Assembly (NCBI GenBank): GCA_964585065.1
Contig: CAZPCB010000001.1
Span: 162,866-226,865 of the forward strand
Length of the DNA: 64,000 nt
Direction of reading: 5' to 3'
DNA from: an uncultured Candidatus Saccharibacteria bacterium
GTDB taxonomy: Bacteria > Patescibacteriota > Minisyncoccia > SW-4-49-11
The notes beneath the pieces were generated by a model. It made no database searches, was not told the origin of the DNA, and saw nothing but the letters and a program-made list of their open reading frames with translations. Within the stretch, counting starts at the first letter, position 1. Each line of letters starts with the position of its first letter. Both the position numbers and the translations under genes were made by a program. Below, in pieces: positions 43,032 to 52,760 of the stretch.

Positions 43032-43032
43032 T

Positions 43033-45180
43033 ATGAAAATCAAAACAAAACATATACAATATATAGCTCCTATATGTATTATAGCTATGTTCTTTTTACC
43101 TTCTATAACTCATGCACAAGCCTGGAATCCTTTTGGATGGGTAGGGGGTCTTATTGGTGATACAGCAACAGCTGCTTTGGGAGAAGTTTTAGCCTTCTTC
43201 AAATCAGCCTTAAGTACTATTCTTAAAGATACTGTGACGCCTCTACTCAATGCTGTAATGTCTTATCAAAACTTTTTTACTGATGGTGTCAATGCGGGTT
43301 GGAAAGCTACCAGAGACTTTGCTAATTTATTCTTTGCTCTCATATTACTCTTTATTGCTATAGCAACCGTACTCAATACGGGAGCATTAAATAATTATAC
43401 TGCTAAAAATATGCTACCAAAATTCATATTTGCGGCTTTATTTATCAATTTTAGTAAAGCTATTGTAGGATTCTTGATAGATATTAGTCAAATTATTATG
43501 ATATCTCTCTATAATACGTTTGGCCCAACTCTCACAGATTCAATTGGGAATGCATCAAAAATTGCTGAGGCTGCAACTGAAGCAGATAAAATAGGGGCTG
43601 CTATTATTAACCTCCTTACTATTATTCTTATCGTTATCCTTATTTTTGTATTCCTCTGGACTGCTGTGATATTGGTGGTAAGAATAATAACATTATGGTT
43701 TGTCATTATGACATCTCCATTAGCCTTTGTCTCTTCTATGATACCTGGACTATCTTCATTCTATAGTGATTGGAAAAAAAAGCTTCAAGAGGCTCTTGTC
43801 ACTGGCCCTACTTTAATGTTCCTATTATATCTTGCAGTAACTGTTATGAATGCTGGAGTTAATCCTAATGAAGCTACTGGTGGAAATTTACTTAATAATG
43901 GGAATATATTAAATTATGTCTTAGTAATTGGACTGGTAATTATTGCTAATATAGAAGCTCAGAAAGCTGGCCAACAAGGCCCTGCCATTCTATCCAAAGC
44001 CGTTGGAGTTGTAGGTACTGTTGCTACGCTTGGTATAGGCGGATATATTGGTGCTGGAGGAGCTAATACAGGACAAGCACTCCGAACTACTGGTGCTCTA
44101 GCTCAAGGAGGTGTTAAAAATGTAGATAAACTTGCAGGTGGGCTCACTAATACAGCTGGAGTTGTAGGTGGAGTAACTGGAATTGGGGCATTAAAAAATG
44201 CCAATCAAGCGTATGAAAGTGCCAAGAAAGATTTGAAAGAAAAACAAAAAACAGGGGTTGGGTTCGTAGGAAGATTTCAAGGTTTTTCAACAGAGGGTAA
44301 GAAAGAACAGTTAGAAGATTTTGAAAAACAAAAAGCAATTCGTTTGTTTAATGAAGGTAAGTTAGAAGAAAAAGGAAATGAACGCTATCAAAAAATGGCT
44401 GCAACTTTACAAGCTGCTACTGCCACAGGAGTAAAAGATGAATTTAATATTGAAAAACTAGGTCAAGATATGAAGAAAGCTCTTGATGATGGAGATAAAT
44501 TTACTGCAATGGCATTATCAACTAGGATATCCGAGCTAAAAGGATGGAGTCAAATATTTAAAGAAGATGGTCAGTTTAGTAAATACGCTAAAGAAAATAA
44601 ATCAGAAGCTGAACAATTAGATGCATTTATCAATGATAATTTTGAGCAAAAAGATAGTGCTGGAAACCTTATACGAGGTGATGATGGTAAAGTTATGGGT
44701 ACTAAAATAACAAATAGCTTTAGAAGTCGTCAGGCTAATATATTAAATGATAAAGGTGCGGGAAATTTTGCTGCTGGATTAGCAGAACGAGATGTACAAA
44801 ATCCAAATTACTCCCCTGCAACAAAAGCTGCTAAAGCTGGAATAATAGGAGCTGGAGCAGCTTATGCAAAAAATAGTGCGGTGTTCAATGTTAGAGATAC
44901 AGACGCAAATGATAACCCAGCATTTACTAATGGAGAACAAGCATTTAAATTCAATATTAAACCAATTCTAGCAAGTATTGAGGGTGAATCACTATCTATA
45001 CTAAGAAAATCGGAAAGTTGGAATCAATTTGGAAAAGATAGAAAAACAATCAAGGAAGGATTAGAGGCGGAATTAAAGAATCCCTCAAGAGATAAATCTC
45101 TTGATTCAAAAATTACAGCTGCATTACAGGGTCTAGATTTATCATCAGGAGGATCTCGAGTTACTGTTAATAACACATAG
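43033..45180 (+). CDS. 715-aa polytopic membrane protein: signal peptide, ~7 TM, Gly-rich segment, charged coiled-coil C-terminal domain. Possibly VirB6/TrbL-like.
   Basis: Topology inferred from hydrophobicity. Gly/Ala-rich segment AGQQGPAILSKAVGVVGTVATLGIGGYIGAGGANTG. Start 2 nt after the previous stop. Confidence 0.5.
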   Translation: MKIKTKHIQYIAPICIIAMFFLPSITHAQAWNPFGWVGGLIGDTATAALGEVLAFFKSALSTILKDTVTPLLNAVMSYQNFFTDGVNAGWKATRDFANLFFALILLFIAIATVLNTGALNNYTAKNMLPKFIFAALFINFSKAIVGFLIDISQIIMISLYNTFGPTLTDSIGNASKIAEAATEADKIGAAIINLLTIILIVILIFVFLWTAVILVVRIITLWFVIMTSPLAFVSSMIPGLSSFYSDWKKKLQEALVTGPTLMFLLYLAVTVMNAGVNPNEATGGNLLNNGNILNYVLVIGLVIIANIEAQKAGQQGPAILSKAVGVVGTVATLGIGGYIGAGGANTGQALRTTGALAQGGVKNVDKLAGGLTNTAGVVGGVTGIGALKNANQAYESAKKDLKEKQKTGVGFVGRFQGFSTEGKKEQLEDFEKQKAIRLFNEGKLEEKGNERYQKMAATLQAATATGVKDEFNIEKLGQDMKKALDDGDKFTAMALSTRISELKGWSQIFKEDGQFSKYAKENKSEAEQLDAFINDNFEQKDSAGNLIRGDDGKVMGTKITNSFRSRQANILNDKGAGNFAAGLAERDVQNPNYSPATKAAKAGIIGAGAAYAKNSAVFNVRDTDANDNPAFTNGEQAFKFNIKPILASIEGESLSILRKSESWNQFGKDRKTIKEGLEAELKNPSRDKSLDSKITAALQGLDLSSGGSRVTVNNT

Positions 45181-45186
45181 TTCACT

Positions 45187-46059
45187 ATGACACTCGCAGA
45201 TATCAAAAGTGAAGCTCATTCTCTCATTACCACAGATAATGTGCCAGTATCTCTTGAATTTGCGGAGAAATTAGAGAAATCTCTAATAGCGAATAATATT
45301 AAGGACTCTAATGCTGAGGCTTATCGCGAATTATCTAAGATTATATTCCAACTTTATGTAACGGCTATTCCTAATATATCGACTGAATTATTCCATAAAA
45401 TTATTTCTCTTAATATTATAGAGGCTTTGAGTCCTCTATGGCCTTCTGAGCGTGATTTTGCCGCCCGAATTGAGAGTAGATATTCGATTTATCCTGTGGA
45501 GCTCATCAAGGAAGAAATGCGAAAGGATTTACTCCCGCTTCTCAAACAAAATAATCAATTAATCGGTACCGTAGTATTACGCCTATCTCAAGAGCATCCT
45601 CAAGCAAAACCAAGTATTAGTAATTGGCTTGAATATTATGATAGAGTAACTGGTCTGGGGTCAGCTAACAGCTTTGAGCGTTCTCGTTTTATTAGTGGCG
45701 ACCCCATTGTACAAACCTTAAATCCTGAGGAAAAAGAGTCTCTGAGGAAAGTAGTTCAATTCTACGATTATCTTCAAACTGATGAGACAGTCCTCTATCA
45801 GGATATTTATAATACTGCTCCTCAATCAACTCTCAATACAATAACTCCTAATATTGACCCTAAGCCAATACAGACTACTCCCCTCCCCACACCTAAACCA
45901 GTTACTACGGTGAAAACTCCTGTCTCTACTCCCAATAATATTCCCCAAAATACAATTCCCCGAGCTCCAATACCTCGCCGTACTTCTGCTCCTGTAGTAT
46001 TGACAGCTAAACCAACTCCTATCCCTCAAAATCTTGTTAATCTCAAAAAACCAGAATAA
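45187..46059 (+). CDS. Soluble protein with Pro/Thr-rich C-terminal tail
   Basis: No TM. PKPIQTTPLPTPKPVTTVKTPVSTPNNIPQNTIPRAPIP. Confidence 0.5.
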   Translation: MTLADIKSEAHSLITTDNVPVSLEFAEKLEKSLIANNIKDSNAEAYRELSKIIFQLYVTAIPNISTELFHKIISLNIIEALSPLWPSERDFAARIESRYSIYPVELIKEEMRKDLLPLLKQNNQLIGTVVLRLSQEHPQAKPSISNWLEYYDRVTGLGSANSFERSRFISGDPIVQTLNPEEKESLRKVVQFYDYLQTDETVLYQDIYNTAPQSTLNTITPNIDPKPIQTTPLPTPKPVTTVKTPVSTPNNIPQNTIPRAPIPRRTSAPVVLTAKPTPIPQNLVNLKKPE

Positions 46060-46061
46060 CT

Positions 46062-46505
46062 ATGCAACAATATAATATTCCACAATTTATTGATTCTGAA
46101 GATAAAATTATTGGTCCTCTGACTATAAGGCAATTTGCATTCTTGGCAATTGGTGTGGTAATTGGAGGATTTTTATGGTATTTTAAACCTAATATTGGTG
46201 TTTTTATTATTAGCATACTTCCTGTTGCTGTAGCTACTTTTGCTTTTGCTTTTATCAAAATTAATGGCCAAAACTTTGATATATTTATTGTAAATGTGAT
46301 AGTATATATTCTGAAGCCAACTTTATTCCTTTGGTCTCGAGACATAGATACAACCCAATCAGTTATTAAAGTGTCTATTGAAAAGCGTAAAGCTTCATTT
46401 AGGCGAGAGACTCATGATTATAATCAATCTCGTGTAGAAGAAGTTGCCTGGACTCTAGATAGTTATGGTGAGAAAACCGTAATACCAGATATTGCAGCAG
46501 AATAG
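46062..46505 (+). CDS. Small 2-TM protein resembling the PrgI family (VirB3-like)
   Basis: N-terminal YNIPQFIDSEDKIIGPLTIRQFAFLAIG followed by two TM helices. Recalled similarity to PrgI-family N-termini, not verified. Confidence 0.4.
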   Translation: MQQYNIPQFIDSEDKIIGPLTIRQFAFLAIGVVIGGFLWYFKPNIGVFIISILPVAVATFAFAFIKINGQNFDIFIVNVIVYILKPTLFLWSRDIDTTQSVIKVSIEKRKASFRRETHDYNQSRVEEVAWTLDSYGEKTVIPDIAAE

Positions 46506-46757
46506 CTATTTTGTATTATTGGTATCTTTTATAGTTTCAGTATTAGCTTTATTATTTTCTTCTACACTATTTTTTATCTCCTCAGCTTGATTTTTTGTCT
46601 CATTCGCACTTGGTATTTCTGGTACTTTTATATCGGGTTTTGTAAAAGACAAGTCTGAAAAATTAAGAATCATAGACCAAATAAATATACCTATTATCAT
46701 AATACTTCCTATTACAAATAATATTATTAATTGTTTTTTCTTTTTATCGCTGTCCAT
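46506..46757 (-). CDS. Small bitopic membrane protein with Lys/Glu/Asn-rich tail
   Basis: ORF, one TM. Confidence 0.35.
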   Translation of the reverse strand: MDSDKKKKQLIILFVIGSIMIIGIFIWSMILNFSDLSFTKPDIKVPEIPSANETKNQAEEIKNSVEENNKANTETIKDTNNTK

Positions 46758-46768
46758 TAATCCCCCTC

Positions 46769-47968
46769 TTAATCTTTGTTTATAAGTCTACTATGTCTTG
46801 ACATTACTAGAATAATTAATCCCGCCAAACCTAATACTGCCAATCCCATATATCTATCATTACGCAGAAATCCAAATTTAGATGCACTTTGTATATTTGC
46901 ATCAAGTGGTATCCTATCTTTATTAATAGTAAAAGATTTAGTCGCATTAGCATCTCCATTAATATCCTTTACTACTATATCTATTTTATAAGCCTTATTG
47001 GGATCAATATCAAGAGAAAGAGAATTACCACTGCCATCCTGTACTTCATCATTAACTCTATAGGTATAAGATAATTTTGCATTTTGCCTAATATTATCTA
47101 CATCACTTGATATTAATAGTTGAATCGCTTCATCAATTTTCAAATCATCAGTATAATCAATAGGAGTATTATTCTTATTATTGACGAGCGAGACCCGAAT
47201 TGCAGGCTGTTTAATCGCAATAGTATTTATTCCATAATACCTGGTATATCCTGTTATTCTATCTCTTGCAATAGCTTGTATGAGATAACTTTTATCATAT
47301 CCTTTATTCTCCGTAAAGGTAATTTTATTATTATTTTGCTCTACTGTATTACCATCAATTTTCCATTCAATTGCATATTGTGATATGGGTAACTCTGTCG
47401 CAACAGAAATGGTATCCCCTTTTGCAGGATTCAAAGGTCTATAGTCGAGGGAGATTTTATCAAAAATATCTAAATTAATACTTCCCGTTTTAATAACTCC
47501 ATTAGCATTGACTGCAACTTCAATTTGATAAGTACCTGATTCTGTAAATGTATAAAAGAATCCCGTTTTATCAATTCCATTTGCTTCAAATACTACTTTT
47601 TCTCCCTTTTTAATTCTCCAATTATATTGAGCTCCATCAAATACAAACCCTTTATCTATATGATAATTAATAGTTGCAAAATCAACTTGTTGTTTGGTAA
47701 AAAGATATTTATTTTTTACTACAAGTTTAATCTCCCCTGTTGATGATTTCTCGGTATAATAACTATCTGCAAAACTTTGCTTAATATAATTATCAATAAG
47801 AGTATTAGCCTCATCTTGAGTTTTTGGGTCATTATTGGAAAGAGTGGATTGGGGAATAATACTTGAATCAGTATTGGTAGTACTAGTATCCTGTGCCAAT
47901 ACTACTGATGAGCTCAGTAGTATTGAACCTATCAGTAATCCCGCTATTATATATTGTGAATATTTCAT
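46769..47968 (-). CDS. Secreted surface protein with beta-sandwich-like repeats and C-terminal TM anchor plus basic tail
   Basis: Signal peptide. C-terminal GLAVLGLAGLIILVMSRHSRLINKD. No LPXTG. Confidence 0.5.
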   Translation of the reverse strand: MKYSQYIIAGLLIGSILLSSSVVLAQDTSTTNTDSSIIPQSTLSNNDPKTQDEANTLIDNYIKQSFADSYYTEKSSTGEIKLVVKNKYLFTKQQVDFATINYHIDKGFVFDGAQYNWRIKKGEKVVFEANGIDKTGFFYTFTESGTYQIEVAVNANGVIKTGSINLDIFDKISLDYRPLNPAKGDTISVATELPISQYAIEWKIDGNTVEQNNNKITFTENKGYDKSYLIQAIARDRITGYTRYYGINTIAIKQPAIRVSLVNNKNNTPIDYTDDLKIDEAIQLLISSDVDNIRQNAKLSYTYRVNDEVQDGSGNSLSLDIDPNKAYKIDIVVKDINGDANATKSFTINKDRIPLDANIQSASKFGFLRNDRYMGLAVLGLAGLIILVMSRHSRLINKD

Positions 47969-48021
47969 TGATATTAATTAAATCTTTATTTAGTATATCA
48001 TATTGCGATGAATAATGGGAA

Positions 48022-48666
48022 TTATCTTTTTACTCCTACTGGTTGAGGCTGCTGGCGACGATTCAATCCACGCATATTACTCACAACTTCTGATACACTG
48101 AGAGATTGCCTCCATTTATTAATTGAATCTTCAAATTTCTCATTATCTTCTTTGATTTGTTTTGCTCTTGCTCGATGAGCTTTTATATGAAGCCAAGCTT
48201 TAATAGTCCAGGTTGGGGATAAATCTCCAATCCATGGAATAGCCTCTATAACTCCAGCTATTATAAGCCCTACTGTTTTTTTCCAACCAAATTCCATAAT
48301 ATATTCCCCTGTCTTATCTAGCATATACTTACTAGCCTCTTGAGTTTTACGAGCTAAAGCTTGTTGAATTTTACTTTGTGCTGGACTGGTATTACGGGAA
48401 TTACGAGATAAGCGCATTAATTGTCTAATGGTATTGACTTGATACAATTTTAGATTAGTATTATAGATAGTAAGATAGCTATAATATATGGCACAAAAGG
48501 CAATATCCGTCATAATAGCTATCGCATCTACTACAAAAGATCCCACAATACTAATTACTTGAATAGCTGGAATTAAATCTATTACAAATAGAATTAATCC
48601 AAAAAAGTCCCACATTATGGCAAATCCGAGATTGATATATAACCACATTCCATTTAATGGCTTCAT
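48022..48666 (-). CDS. Hypothetical membrane protein (214 aa)
   Basis: 3-4 TM N-terminal half, basic C-terminus. Confidence 0.4.
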   Translation of the reverse strand: MKPLNGMWLYINLGFAIMWDFFGLILFVIDLIPAIQVISIVGSFVVDAIAIMTDIAFCAIYYSYLTIYNTNLKLYQVNTIRQLMRLSRNSRNTSPAQSKIQQALARKTQEASKYMLDKTGEYIMEFGWKKTVGLIIAGVIEAIPWIGDLSPTWTIKAWLHIKAHRARAKQIKEDNEKFEDSINKWRQSLSVSEVVSNMRGLNRRQQPQPVGVKR

Positions 48667-48760
48667 TTTTTAATTTCTTATATAGTATAAGTATATCATA
48701 TTTATTGGCATATTGTGAGAGATTTTGTTATAATACTAGTATATACATAATACCGATATA

Positions 48761-49972
48761 ATGAGTACTATATTAGAATTAATTGAAAAAGAAAAGCTCC
48801 GACAAGCTCAAACTATACGCCTAATTGCCTCCGAGAATTATGTCTCTCAGGATATATTAACAGCTCTTGGATCTAGTCTAACTAACAAATATAGTGAGGG
48901 TTATCCCTATCACAGATATTATGAAGGGCAAGAATATATCGATGAAATTGAAACTTTAGCAATTGAATCAGCAAAAAAACTATTTGGAGCTGAGTTTGCT
49001 AATGTGCAGGCTTACTCAGGAAGTCCCGCTAATTTGGCAGTATATTTTGCTTTACTTGAGCCACATGATACTATTTTAGGGCTTTCACTCCCAGCTGGAG
49101 GACATCTTACTCATGGACATAAAGTTAGCATATCAGGAAAATGGCTAACCTCTATTAGTTATGGTCTCACACCTGAAGGGTATATTAATTATGAAGAAAT
49201 AGAACACCTGGCTGAGGCACATAAACCTAAACTTATCATCTCAGGGCATTCTGCCTATACAAGACAAATTGATTTCAAGCGTATTGGAGATATTGCAAAA
49301 TCAGTTGGGGCTTATCATTTAGCCGATATTTCTCATATATCTGGACTTGTTGCAACAGGAGTACATCCACATCCATTTCCTCATGCTGATATTATCACTA
49401 CCACCACTCATAAAGTATTAAGAGGCCCCAGAGGAGCTCTTATACTCACCAATAATCCCGAACTTGCGACAAAAATTGACAAAGCTGTATTCCCAGGATT
49501 ACAAGGTGGCCCTCATAATAATAATATAGCGGGTATTGCTATTGCCTTAGAAGAAGCTTTAGCACCAGAATATACTCAATATTGTGAGCAAGTTATCGCT
49601 AATGCAAAGGCTCTTGGCGAGGCTCTAAAGAAAAAAGGATTTACGCTCGTGTCTGGAGGAACAGAAAATCATCTTTTATTAGTTGATCTTAGAAATAAAA
49701 ATATTGATGGAGATACTTTGTCTAAAGCTCTCAACTCAGTATATATAGAGACAAATAAGAATAGCATACCTTTTGATACCGCCTCACCTTTTAAACCAAA
49801 TGGAATTCGTCTCGGAACTCCTGCTATCACTACACTTGGACTCAAAGAGACAGATATGAAGACTATTGCTGACTTTATCAATCAAGTAGTTGAAGCTATT
49901 GACAATACAGAGACTTTAGCGCATATTAAAGAGCAAGTTATTGCATTTATCACTCAATTTAAACAATATTAA
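48761..49972 (+). CDS. glyA: Serine hydroxymethyltransferase
   Basis: YSGSPANLAVYFALLEPHDTILGLSLPAGGHLTHG, PLP-lysine region TTTTHKVLRGPRG. Confidence 0.95.
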   Translation: MSTILELIEKEKLRQAQTIRLIASENYVSQDILTALGSSLTNKYSEGYPYHRYYEGQEYIDEIETLAIESAKKLFGAEFANVQAYSGSPANLAVYFALLEPHDTILGLSLPAGGHLTHGHKVSISGKWLTSISYGLTPEGYINYEEIEHLAEAHKPKLIISGHSAYTRQIDFKRIGDIAKSVGAYHLADISHISGLVATGVHPHPFPHADIITTTTHKVLRGPRGALILTNNPELATKIDKAVFPGLQGGPHNNNIAGIAIALEEALAPEYTQYCEQVIANAKALGEALKKKGFTLVSGGTENHLLLVDLRNKNIDGDTLSKALNSVYIETNKNSIPFDTASPFKPNGIRLGTPAITTLGLKETDMKTIADFINQVVEAIDNTETLAHIKEQVIAFITQFKQY

Positions 49973-49975
49973 TCA

Positions 49976-50821
49976 ATGATTTCCCTTATAGCTCAACCTA
50001 TTATTGATACTATTATCCCCAAAATACCCGAAGGATTACATTTGGCAGTGATTTTGGTTGGGGATGATATTGCCTCCCAGATTTATGTAGACAAAAAATC
50101 CAAAGCTCTCGAACAAACAGGGGGAAAATTACATTTATTCAAATATGAACCCAATATATCCCAAGAAGAATTAATAGCTGAAATACAAAATCTTAATAGA
50201 GACAATAGCATTGATGGAATTATTATACAATTACCTCTTCCCCCATTTATTGAAGAACAAGTTGTATTAAATAGTATACACAAGAGCAAAGATGCTGATG
50301 GTCTCACGGATTTTTGGCTAGGTAAATTATTCCAAAGTCGTATTAGTGCAACTCTGTCCCCTATTATTCCTGCCACTCCTCGTGGAATTATTCTTTTATT
50401 TGAGCATTATGATATTTCGTTAATTGGTAAAACCGTACTTATCCTTAATGATAGCGTACTGGTCGGGAAGCCACTGGCAACTTTACTCCCAGCTTATGGA
50501 GCAACTCCTATATTAGCGCATCGCGAAACCCATAATTTGGAGGAATTAATACTATTATCTGACATTATCATCTCAGCTACGGGAAACCCAGATATACTCA
50601 AAGATATACAATTTAGAGAAAATCAAGTATTAATTGATGTCGGTATTGCAAGAGACGAGAATAACCATATAAGAGGAGATATATATCATAAAGATTTTGT
50701 ATTTGAAGGAGCAATAACTCCTGTACCAGGAGGAATAGGCCCTCTCACTGTTTGGGCACTTATACACAATTTAGCTATTTTGAAAGACTTAAAAGAGCAG
50801 CATATTCAAAACACTTTATAA
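49976..50821 (+). CDS. folD: Bifunctional methylene-THF dehydrogenase/cyclohydrolase
   Basis: ISATGNPDIL, PVPGGIGPLTVWALIHN. Confidence 0.9.
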   Translation: MISLIAQPIIDTIIPKIPEGLHLAVILVGDDIASQIYVDKKSKALEQTGGKLHLFKYEPNISQEELIAEIQNLNRDNSIDGIIIQLPLPPFIEEQVVLNSIHKSKDADGLTDFWLGKLFQSRISATLSPIIPATPRGIILLFEHYDISLIGKTVLILNDSVLVGKPLATLLPAYGATPILAHRETHNLEELILLSDIIISATGNPDILKDIQFRENQVLIDVGIARDENNHIRGDIYHKDFVFEGAITPVPGGIGPLTVWALIHNLAILKDLKEQHIQNTL

Positions 50822-50824
50822 CAC

Positions 50825-50845
50825 AAAAGCCCCTTATGGGGCTTT
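50825..50845. terminator. GC hairpin between folD and tRNA-Ile (bidirectional terminator candidate)
   Basis: aaaagcccc-ttat-ggggcttt. Confidence 0.6.
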
Positions 50846-50848
50846 ATT

Positions 50849-50925
50849 TGGTGCGCATGCCATGACTTGAACATGGGACCTCTACATTATCAGTGTAGCG
50901 CTCTAACCAGCTGAGCTACACGCGC
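50849..50925 (-). tRNA. tRNA-Ile (anticodon GAT), CCA encoded
   Basis: rc: GCGCGTGTAGCTCAGCTGGTTAGAGCGCTACACTGATAATGTAGAGGTCCCATGTTCAAGTCATGGCATGCGCACCA. Confidence 0.9.
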
Positions 50926-50989
50926 ATTTAATTATAATTATATCATAAACCCAACCTTTTTGCAAGATATTGTATGAGATGAGGAGATT

Positions 50990-51120
50990 GTAGATAAGTT
51001 ATGCTTTCGTAGCGGAGGCTTTATCCCTCCATTTTTTCGTAGGGCTTTTGTCCCTCCTATTAGCTCTTGCAAAAGAGATATTAGGAGGGACTTAAAGGCT
51101 CTCCCAAGGGAGGACAATTT
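50990..51120. promoter_or_regulatory. Cluster of three hairpins (tandem terminator or structured element) downstream of the amidase gene
   Basis: cggaggctttatccctcc; gtccctcctattagctcttgcaaaagagatattaggagggac (about 18 bp near-perfect stem); gctctcccaagggag. First two share the prefix ttcgtag. Confidence 0.4.
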
Positions 51121-51156
51121 ATCTATTTTGTCTATGATGTTTCTCACCTTATTCTT

Positions 51157-52758
51157 CTATAACATACTGTCACTAATAGGAATTCCTATCGGCACACTAT
51201 CAAGTCCCTCCGGAGATACAACAATAATATTATTCCATTTATACCCTAATCCTTCAAATACTCCTGGAGAGGTCACATAGCGTTTCTTACCCTCAGACAT
51301 GATATAAACTTCCCCTCTGCCCGAGGCTCTCAGAATCACTCCGTCACGAAAATATACAGCCGGTCCCTGCTGATAAGAATTCCATTCAGCCCCTGATACA
51401 TATACTAAATCCTTATAATTATATTGAGTATTGAATATTTCGGGACTTGGTATGGGGCGCCTTTTCCCCGCTTCCAAAACCTCTATTCCTGTTGGATTAT
51501 CTCGATTAACCAATAATGTTCCATCTGGATAGGGGCGAGATTGCATAATAGGTCCAATTGGATGAGATATAGCAAGAGTCCCATCAGCAATAATAGTAAT
51601 ATTATTCCACTTATAGCCTAAGGCCTCAAAAGTAACGGGGGATGGAATATGTCTTCTTTGCTGATTACTAATTACATATACATCAGGGTTATTCTTTTCT
51701 CTTACCAACATTCCTTCCCTAAATGTAAGAGCTGAAGCTAAAGGATAAGAATCCCACTCGGCACGTGTGACATCTAATACATCTTTCCAATTAAAACGAG
51801 AATTAAAAACATCAGGATTTACGAGAGGCCTAATACTCCCATTCTCGAGATAACCAACCCCCGTATCTGTTCTTAACAATGAACCATTGGGAAAGGTTCT
51901 AATATCCGTAGTATCTGGGAATAAGGCTAATTCAGTTGCATTAATACTAATCACATTTTTCCCTCCAATATTACCCGTAGGAGTTTTTATCCCATTTTGA
52001 ATAGTATAAAGACGACCATTATCATCTCGATACAGCGAATTATCATAATATTGATTCCACTCTTGAGCTCGATTCCGAAGCCAGCTCATATCTACCATAT
52101 TAGTATCTCCATTTCCAGCTTCTACAGCTCCATGATCAGTAAGTCGAAAGCCAGTATAATTAGAACTATATGCCTTAGTATAAAAATTCCAAATAGGTTC
52201 AGTCACATAATCAGTTGGGGCAATACTATTAGTTGAACTAAGCCATCCAGATAATTTAGCTAAAGATTGTTTCATAGCTTCTGGTACTGTTGCATAGCCA
52301 CTTCCATAGCGACCAATCAAAGAAACTCCTATACTTTGATAATTAAAGTTATCTCCCGTACGATTTACATAAAGATGAGCTCCTCTTACTCCATTTTGCC
52401 CCATTCTCCCCTGATAAATACTCCCATCGCGAGCAATTAGATAATTATACCCTATATCCCCCCAACCATTATTACGGGCATGTGTAGTGAATATTGAACG
52501 AATTATTTGTCTCGGGTCAAGAGAGTCACTATTAAAGTCAGCTAAAGCCGTATCATGTAATAATATTCTCTTTATCTGAAAAGTATTATTAGAATTTGGT
52601 GGCCAAGCATTGAGAGTATAGGTATTATCATCTGTCATTGCCCAAGTATTACGAGATTGTATATTGGGGGTATTCGCAAAAGTGGGTAGTGGGAATATTA
52701 AGGCTATTCCAAAAAAAATCACCCATAATATTGATCGCAAATATAATATCCCCCTCAT
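51157..52758 (-). CDS. Secreted N-acetylmuramoyl-L-alanine amidase (Amidase_2/PGRP fold) with four C-terminal ~55-aa repeats
   Basis: Signal peptide. LLHDTA...GWGDIGYNYLIARDGSIYQGR. Repeats of the same family as in the S8 protease. Confidence 0.75.
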   Translation of the reverse strand: MRGILYLRSILWVIFFGIALIFPLPTFANTPNIQSRNTWAMTDDNTYTLNAWPPNSNNTFQIKRILLHDTALADFNSDSLDPRQIIRSIFTTHARNNGWGDIGYNYLIARDGSIYQGRMGQNGVRGAHLYVNRTGDNFNYQSIGVSLIGRYGSGYATVPEAMKQSLAKLSGWLSSTNSIAPTDYVTEPIWNFYTKAYSSNYTGFRLTDHGAVEAGNGDTNMVDMSWLRNRAQEWNQYYDNSLYRDDNGRLYTIQNGIKTPTGNIGGKNVISINATELALFPDTTDIRTFPNGSLLRTDTGVGYLENGSIRPLVNPDVFNSRFNWKDVLDVTRAEWDSYPLASALTFREGMLVREKNNPDVYVISNQQRRHIPSPVTFEALGYKWNNITIIADGTLAISHPIGPIMQSRPYPDGTLLVNRDNPTGIEVLEAGKRRPIPSPEIFNTQYNYKDLVYVSGAEWNSYQQGPAVYFRDGVILRASGRGEVYIMSEGKKRYVTSPGVFEGLGYKWNNIIVVSPEGLDSVPIGIPISDSML

Positions 52759-52760
52759 AA

